From the IMG/VR virus record IMGVR_UViG_3300035179_000003, positions 1-64,000 of that record: a stretch of 64,000 nt of DNA, one strand, 5' to 3'. The DNA comes from a virus. Positions 58,100-64,000 of the stretch are shown here, one piece after another; position 1 is the first letter of the stretch, and every line of letters begins with the position of its first letter. The position numbers and the translations under genes were made by a program. The notes beneath the pieces were generated by a model. That model was not told the origin of the DNA and did no database searches. It saw only the letters and a program-made list of their open reading frames with translations.

Positions 58100-60639
58100 T
58101 AGGCATTTCGTGTAAATCTCCTTGAATCAATAACCTTGTCTCTATATCTTTCTACGGCCTCACGTCGCTCTTTAATAAAATACGTTACCGGCATATTTTC
58201 ATTAATAGTGCTGAAATCTCCAGGGCCTTTCATTAAGCCGCCATTCTCTTCTTTCAATTCACAAGAATCATCGCTATTCCAAAAATCATTTGTAATCCCA
58301 TAATAACGATCATAAATGACGGTATCATCAAAATCTTTAACTCTGGAAATATATTTACCGCCAACAAGCGACGATACCCCAAGAATGCCATGATAAAAAG
58401 CATCGGCCGAACAAACGTCCCTATAAATATAATCCAAACACCAGCCATAATCAGCCTTCATATTTTTTCTAAGATTAACGACAGCCTCATGAATACTGTC
58501 AAACATAAAATATTTTATTTTATTGTCTTCGGTATATTCCCCTACCATAAGACTGTTTCTTCTATGACGAAGAACAAGTTTATAAAACCGCGCAATCCTG
58601 TTGACTTCATAAACCCGATCAAGAAACATGGACGTTCTTTTGTTGTTAGAAAAATCATCCTCACTTATAGAAAGTAAATCTTTAGCATAAATATATTCAG
58701 GATTTCCAGTTACCGACAAAACATCATACGCCGAATTTTTAGCTTTAGGATTTTTTATAACCATTTGTTTTGGATTTTGAACATAATACGGTTCTTTTTT
58801 ATACAACATATTATTAATATCAATCTCAGCCGTCTTTTTATCTGTCTCTTTCATAAACAGAGGGTTGCCATTTCCATCCATATCTGTCGGGTCATCGACA
58901 AAACGCGGATTAGACAACACTATACTTGTCGCAGCCTCCCCGCCGGCAGTAGTCATAATAATAGAATGACGCACTTGCTGAACCATACCGATAATATCTT
59001 TAATCGGTTTTCCACTATCCGGTTGAGAACCGGCTATTATAAGAGAAGGGAATCCGCAAATTATAAAAGGATTGAACATCATATCAACCGACGCGACCCT
59101 GCCAAGATATTTTGAGTTTAAAAATTTAATTATAGCATGCCTTTTAATAGCACACTCTTCAAGATTTACCTTTTCACCTGTTCCAAATTTTAATCGCTGT
59201 TTTTCCTCATTCTTATTCACAATGTCTTCTTCAAGTTTTTTCTTATCGGCTTCAGACATGCCTTTTAAATTTTTTTTAGATTTAAGTCTTTCGTTTAATT
59301 TATTAATTTCACTTTGTAATTTGTCCCGTGTTTTTTTTATCAACATTTTTTCTTCAAGAGTTTTTTCGGCATCGGAACAAGCGAGGGCGTGTTCGATATT
59401 ATCAAATAAAATATTAACACCCTTATATTTTTCTTCCTCAGTAATTGGAGGCTTAGAACGATTCAGTTTATCCTGATTGGCAAATTTCGATTTAAATAAT
59501 TCATTAGGGACCTGATAACTAATAGTAAACGGATCACCTTCGGATCCTTCTGAAGACAATAAATCAGTTAATTTAAAATATCCACGAGTATAATCGATAT
59601 CATAATCCTGCCTCCATTCCAACCTATCATACATCGATGGAAACACGATATTGCAATTCGGAGGAGCGGTAAATTCGAGAGGCGGTAAAAGCATCGATTC
59701 GTTTATTATATATTTAGCGCCAAATTCCTTTGGATGTTTATCAACGATAAAACTTCTGACTGATCCTGACATTACAAAATCATTCGATTGTTCCCCCGAT
59801 TCAACCGGTATTAACGAAGGCGTATTACATGAATAAACCCTGGTATTGAATAAGGCGCCAAGACGCATAATAGCAGCCTCTACACTAGTGAATACCGCGT
59901 TGCCTAATAAATAAGATCCAAGCGTTGCGTTTGAGTGATTACGATTCCAGAATCTTGTACCCGCCTGATTAACCGGTATTAAAAATTTCTTTTCTACCCG
60001 AAGGCGTTTATTTAAAAATGTACAAATCGATGTTCCGCCAACCGCTTCAAGCCACAATCCACGAACGACCGCATCAAGAAAATAACCAATATCAGCGCCC
60101 TGAAATGCCTGATACGAATACTCGCCTTGTTTTTGCGGACTGACTTTATAATTTGCCGTTCCCGCAAGAAGATGCACCATATAAGAAATGGTAAACAATT
60201 TACTATCGACTTCTTTTATATCCCCCTTTACCTTACCATCAATTGCATAATTTTGGAAAAGACCCATTTTATAATATACGGTTGAATTACCAAGAGTATC
60301 TTCCCCGGTAAACGATAACGCTGCCGGAGTTTTCCGAATATCCATTCTAAAATCCCGGCATATCATTGTTAATGCCCGGGCTTCGGATGCTTCATCGATT
60401 TCATAAAAACTGGAAAACGAACCGTCAAAAAATAGTTTCCACTCAGGCCTACTGCCGAACCATTCACGATAAAAAATCTGTATCGCAGTTTTAGGTTTTA
60501 TATCATAAATATTTTCGCTCGAATAAACATTAATACTTGCCTCGTTACCATTTGGCGTGCAGGTAACGGTAGCGCTTTTGAAAGGAATCTCAATACCCTC
60601 CATTAATAATTTAAAATCTAATTTATAACCCTTGCGCAA
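58099..60639 (-). CDS. Putative baseplate hub/tail-associated protein
   Basis: KL.MEGIEIP, LFFDG, FNPFI.CGFP, G.V..V.H pattern of hub (gp27/gpD-like) proteins; two genes downstream of the tape measure. Confidence 0.55.
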   Translation of the reverse strand: MRKGYKLDFKLLMEGIEIPFKSATVTCTPNGNEASINVYSSENIYDIKPKTAIQIFYREWFGSRPEWKLFFDGSFSSFYEIDEASEARALTMICRDFRMDIRKTPAALSFTGEDTLGNSTVYYKMGLFQNYAIDGKVKGDIKEVDSKLFTISYMVHLLAGTANYKVSPQKQGEYSYQAFQGADIGYFLDAVVRGLWLEAVGGTSICTFLNKRLRVEKKFLIPVNQAGTRFWNRNHSNATLGSYLLGNAVFTSVEAAIMRLGALFNTRVYSCNTPSLIPVESGEQSNDFVMSGSVRSFIVDKHPKEFGAKYIINESMLLPPLEFTAPPNCNIVFPSMYDRLEWRQDYDIDYTRGYFKLTDLLSSEGSEGDPFTISYQVPNELFKSKFANQDKLNRSKPPITEEEKYKGVNILFDNIEHALACSDAEKTLEEKMLIKKTRDKLQSEINKLNERLKSKKNLKGMSEADKKKLEEDIVNKNEEKQRLKFGTGEKVNLEECAIKRHAIIKFLNSKYLGRVASVDMMFNPFIICGFPSLIIAGSQPDSGKPIKDIIGMVQQVRHSIIMTTAGGEAATSIVLSNPRFVDDPTDMDGNGNPLFMKETDKKTAEIDINNMLYKKEPYYVQNPKQMVIKNPKAKNSAYDVLSVTGNPEYIYAKDLLSISEDDFSNNKRTSMFLDRVYEVNRIARFYKLVLRHRRNSLMVGEYTEDNKIKYFMFDSIHEAVVNLRKNMKADYGWCLDYIYRDVCSADAFYHGILGVSSLVGGKYISRVKDFDDTVIYDRYYGITNDFWNSDDSCELKEENGGLMKGPGDFSTINENMPVTYFIKERREAVERYRDKVIDSRRFTRNA

Positions 60640-61402
60640 GATTAAGTCCTATTTCGTTAAGGTTTAATCTTCCAAAATTTGACATGCCGTTAAATCGTTG
60701 TTCGTATTTTATTTTACCATTACCATCGGAAATAATAATTAAATTATTTCTTACCCAATAAACATTTCTTACAAGAAGAGAGAATGAGAAATCTTTTTTC
60801 AAACTTGTTTCTGCGGTTTTAGTGGCGGAAATATTAATCATATATCCTTCAATAACTTTATTATCGCAGGAAAGATACATACGGGTTTTATTTTCAATAC
60901 ACTTCCTGCCGGCAAGTAATTTTTCATAAGCTACCATGAATTCCTGATAATACGGATATTCAATACTGTCGATAAATACTCCGTTAAAATTATAGACAGC
61001 CGGCCGCTCGCCAAAAAAGAAAACATTCCAGCTATTATCAAAGTTCTGATGTATCTTAATAATTTCATCATGGGCTTCACGAACGGCCAAAAGGGAAAAA
61101 TTATTAAAAACGCCATAATAATTATTTACTCCATCAAGAGACGTACCATCTTCCGGAGTCGCAACATAAATATTACCTCCGGGCATATCGTCTTCTTTAA
61201 TCATAGCGCTTTCGGTAGATTGGGCCAGCAACTCATTGATTGGAGAAGAAAAATCAGATAGAAAATCTCTTTCATTAATTTTCTCGTCTATTACATTATC
61301 AAAATTATCCGTAAATAATATAATAGACGATAAATTTTGCGGTTGCTCCGTCATCCCGACTGAATATGGTCTTATTTTAAAATCATCCATTATAATACCC
61401 AC
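60623..61402 (-). CDS. Putative tail tube initiator/baseplate protein
   Basis: F.L..V.E...E......F.....FFGERP..Y.F.G pattern; directly after the tape measure. Confidence 0.5.
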   Translation of the reverse strand: MGIIMDDFKIRPYSVGMTEQPQNLSSIILFTDNFDNVIDEKINERDFLSDFSSPINELLAQSTESAMIKEDDMPGGNIYVATPEDGTSLDGVNNYYGVFNNFSLLAVREAHDEIIKIHQNFDNSWNVFFFGERPAVYNFNGVFIDSIEYPYYQEFMVAYEKLLAGRKCIENKTRMYLSCDNKVIEGYMINISATKTAETSLKKDFSFSLLVRNVYWVRNNLIIISDGNGKIKYEQRFNGMSNFGRLNLNEIGLNLAQGL

Positions 61403-64000
61403 CTATTATTCCAATAATTAGTAATTGGAGGATTGACATTTACATATCGACCCTTGCCAGCGTCTCCTGTAACCGATGAAGCCGTTTGATCCATACGTTG
61501 TAATGCCTGCGCAGCTACATTAATATCTTTAACTTTATCTAAATCAATAATTGATTTACCCAATGCATCTGTAAATATAGATTGGCTTCTTATATCTCCA
61601 GCACCCTTTCCCTGTAATATTGCAATATTTAAAGCCTGCGCCATTTGACCCCTACGCTCTTTTTCGATACTCTCTGTTCCGGCAGCAAATCCCGGATCAC
61701 GAACAATGTTACTAACTAAACCTTCCCATGTTTTGGCTTGTGTAAAATATCCTTTGGTTGCACCACTTAATTGGGAAAGCATCCAGGCATTTTCTTTTGC
61801 CCATTGCGGGCCGACAATATCTCTGTTTTGTGAAAATGCACCTCTACCGGTTAAAAGATCAACATAATCACGCCTGAAAGCATCAGTCATTTTGATACCA
61901 CGACGATCGCCAGCAGCAATAAAAGCTTGTCCTCTGGCCTCAAGCGCTACAGTAGTGTCTTTCGCAGCTATTTGGTTTCTGGCAGATTCAATGCCGGTAA
62001 AAATACTCTCTTTACCTTTAAATAATTGCATAAATCGTAATTCATCAGATTTTAATACGCCCGTTTTTCCCGATATTGCCGATAATTCAGCATAACGATT
62101 TGCGAGGACGTCCATTCCTACGCCGGTTTCAGGATTAACGGAAATACCAAAACTTCTTATTTTTTGAACCAACTCATCGTTCCACCCAACATTGGCACCG
62201 GCATGACTATAGGGTAAATGCTCTCTCCATCCTGCAGTTGCCCTGGTCGGTAATTTTCCATAAAACATATTACGCGCGGACGCCTTTAAAACTTCTTTTT
62301 CCGTCAATCCAGCCTGCATAGCATTTACTAAATAATTAGGCATATCATCGTATTTTTTAAATGCCTTTTCAGCTTCCAAAACTCTTCTTTGTAATTGTGT
62401 AATACTATCAGAGTACTTACCGGACAAGAGACCATCCCGGCGGGCGTTCTCCATTATTCTTTGTTCTTTTTTAAGATTACCAGGAGAAAAATCGAGTTGA
62501 ACATTATACTCTTTCATCGTATTATCTAATTCAAGCTTAGCCTTTTGTCTTTCAGCGCCGGTTTGATTAAAAATCGATATTGAAAATTCAGAAGGGTTCC
62601 CTTTCAACGCAGCATAAGCCGTAGATTTTTCTCCGCCTAACGCGCGAATAACATCCTTGTTAAATGGTAATTCTCCAAGAGTTTGATTAAATGAAGCTGC
62701 GCTGGTTGCTTGTAATACGGTTTCAAGATCTTCGCGTGACATTTTACTTGTATTAAGATATTTTATTCTCGAACCAGTACGCCGAGCGGAAGGAGCTACA
62801 TTACCCTCAGCAATAACCTTTATACCTCTAGCCAAATCTCCATACGTCTCAGCGCCCCAGGCTCTTGCCAATCCAGTTTTTATATCGCCAATGTCTCCAC
62901 GGCCAAATACAGATGCGCTATATGGATCGACAATACCAAGAACCTTACCTCCCCATAACAAACTCTTATCAATAAAGGTACCGGCGCCATAAGATTCAGC
63001 GGTCCATTGGGCAAGTTTATTTGCATTACTCATCATTTTAACGCCCATGTCTTCTCCGGCATCAACAAAACCCTGATAAGTTTTTTGTATCATCCCGGCC
63101 AAACCATATGGTTGTATCGGACGCCGTTTTAAACCAATCATAGCGTCTTCAACATTAGCGGTAGCGTTCATTATCTCATATCCCTTCGGACCAATTAAAT
63201 AATCGGATACTAATCGACGCTCCCGCTGATCATTCGTGCCTAGGCCGGCAAATACCCATGCTTTAGCCTCTTCGGTTCCCGGTTTATGTGAACCCCATGC
63301 CTTAAATAAATCCATCATTGCTGCATCACGTTGCCATCCTTTAATTCTTGGATCATTCCAGAAGTCTTCTTTGCGTTTTTCAAATAAAACACGATTCGGA
63401 CCCATGGCATAACCAAGACGACCGGCGCCGCTAACCATTTCATAAGCACCAACCCCGCCGGCAGTTAATTTATTTAATTTATCAAAATTAATCGTTCCAT
63501 CCGGATTCATCGCGTATGCAGTCATTTTCGTTCCCATTCCTGACGACATCATATTCATCTGGAACCGAGCTATCGCGCCGCCGGCGGCAGCTACGCCACC
63601 CGCACGATCAACAACATATTGCCCTCCCATGCTCGCCTTTGCCATAAGCGCCGCCTGCGCAGCACCCTGTTGATACATATTAGCGCCAACAGCAGCCGAA
63701 TACGGAGTTCCCTGAACAGCCTGGGCCCCCGCCGCGCCTATCATCATCATATTTTCGGCGCCCATGCCGGTAATTCCGCCAAACGCCTTTACCTGAAGAA
63801 CTTGATTACGCACATCCTTTAACGATCTGAATCCGGTATTCTGCAGATTTTTAATAACCGACATACCACCTTCGATCGTAGTCTGCAAAAGCTTAACAAC
63901 GTCTTCGGTCGTTTTTTTAAGATCTTCGAAGTTTTGTTGATATTGTTTCATCGTACCAGCGTCGGCGCCCCAACCGCGCGCGTTAAGCATATTGTTCGAT
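61390..64000 (-). CDS. Tape-measure-like protein, C-terminal part (5' end outside window)
   Basis: Long Ala/Gly/Met/Gln-rich helical ORF; frame stays open from 63990 to the window edge; upstream of hub genes. Confidence 0.65.
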   Translation of the reverse strand, partial: SNNMLNARGWGADAGTMKQYQQNFEDLKKTTEDVVKLLQTTIEGGMSVIKNLQNTGFRSLKDVRNQVLQVKAFGGITGMGAENMMMIGAAGAQAVQGTPYSAAVGANMYQQGAAQAALMAKASMGGQYVVDRAGGVAAAGGAIARFQMNMMSSGMGTKMTAYAMNPDGTINFDKLNKLTAGGVGAYEMVSGAGRLGYAMGPNRVLFEKRKEDFWNDPRIKGWQRDAAMMDLFKAWGSHKPGTEEAKAWVFAGLGTNDQRERRLVSDYLIGPKGYEIMNATANVEDAMIGLKRRPIQPYGLAGMIQKTYQGFVDAGEDMGVKMMSNANKLAQWTAESYGAGTFIDKSLLWGGKVLGIVDPYSASVFGRGDIGDIKTGLARAWGAETYGDLARGIKVIAEGNVAPSARRTGSRIKYLNTSKMSREDLETVLQATSAASFNQTLGELPFNKDVIRALGGEKSTAYAALKGNPSEFSISIFNQTGAERQKAKLELDNTMKEYNVQLDFSPGNLKKEQRIMENARRDGLLSGKYSDSITQLQRRVLEAEKAFKKYDDMPNYLVNAMQAGLTEKEVLKASARNMFYGKLPTRATAGWREHLPYSHAGANVGWNDELVQKIRSFGISVNPETGVGMDVLANRYAELSAISGKTGVLKSDELRFMQLFKGKESIFTGIESARNQIAAKDTTVALEARGQAFIAAGDRRGIKMTDAFRRDYVDLLTGRGAFSQNRDIVGPQWAKENAWMLSQLSGATKGYFTQAKTWEGLVSNIVRDPGFAAGTESIEKERRGQMAQALNIAILQGKGAGDIRSQSIFTDALGKSIIDLDKVKDINVAAQALQRMDQTASSVTGDAGKGRYVNVNPPITNYWNNRWVL

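Noticed and set aside
1-64000. Stop-codon reassignment, tRNA or rRNA genes
   Set aside because: Long genes are intact in code 11 with TAA, TAG and TGA all used as stops; no cloverleaf or rRNA-like region was seen by eye (tRNAscan-SE would be decisive)

Overview
AT-rich, gene-dense 64 kb segment of a large (jumbo-like) tailed dsDNA bacteriophage, probably a myovirus, using the standard genetic code with AGGAG-type ribosome binding sites. Leftward blocks encode virion and late functions: tail fibres (1-4326); a portal, head, giant beta-helix and baseplate proteins (15533-45712); and a ligase, sigma factor, baseplate hub and tape-measure-like protein (55753-64000). Rightward blocks (4404-15424, 45799-55687) encode DNA metabolism and accessory genes. 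The standout is a tightly coupled five-gene operon at 10808-15424: two paralogous coiled-coil/E2-like proteins, a JAB/MPN+ peptidase, a ThiF/E1 enzyme and a tandem di-ubiquitin-like protein. This looks like a complete phage-encoded ubiquitin-like conjugation/deconjugation system. The window also holds four IS200/IS605-family traces: an iscB with omega-RNA, a 289-bp internally deleted iscB relative, a tnpB and a tnpB remnant. Both iscB-type elements sit in stop codons that are restored on in-silico excision. Other notable cargo: an outer-membrane phospholipase A, a LigD-phosphoesterase/ATP-ligase fusion and a DEDDh/PD-(D/E)XK nuclease fusion. All calls come from reading motifs by eye; no database searches were run.
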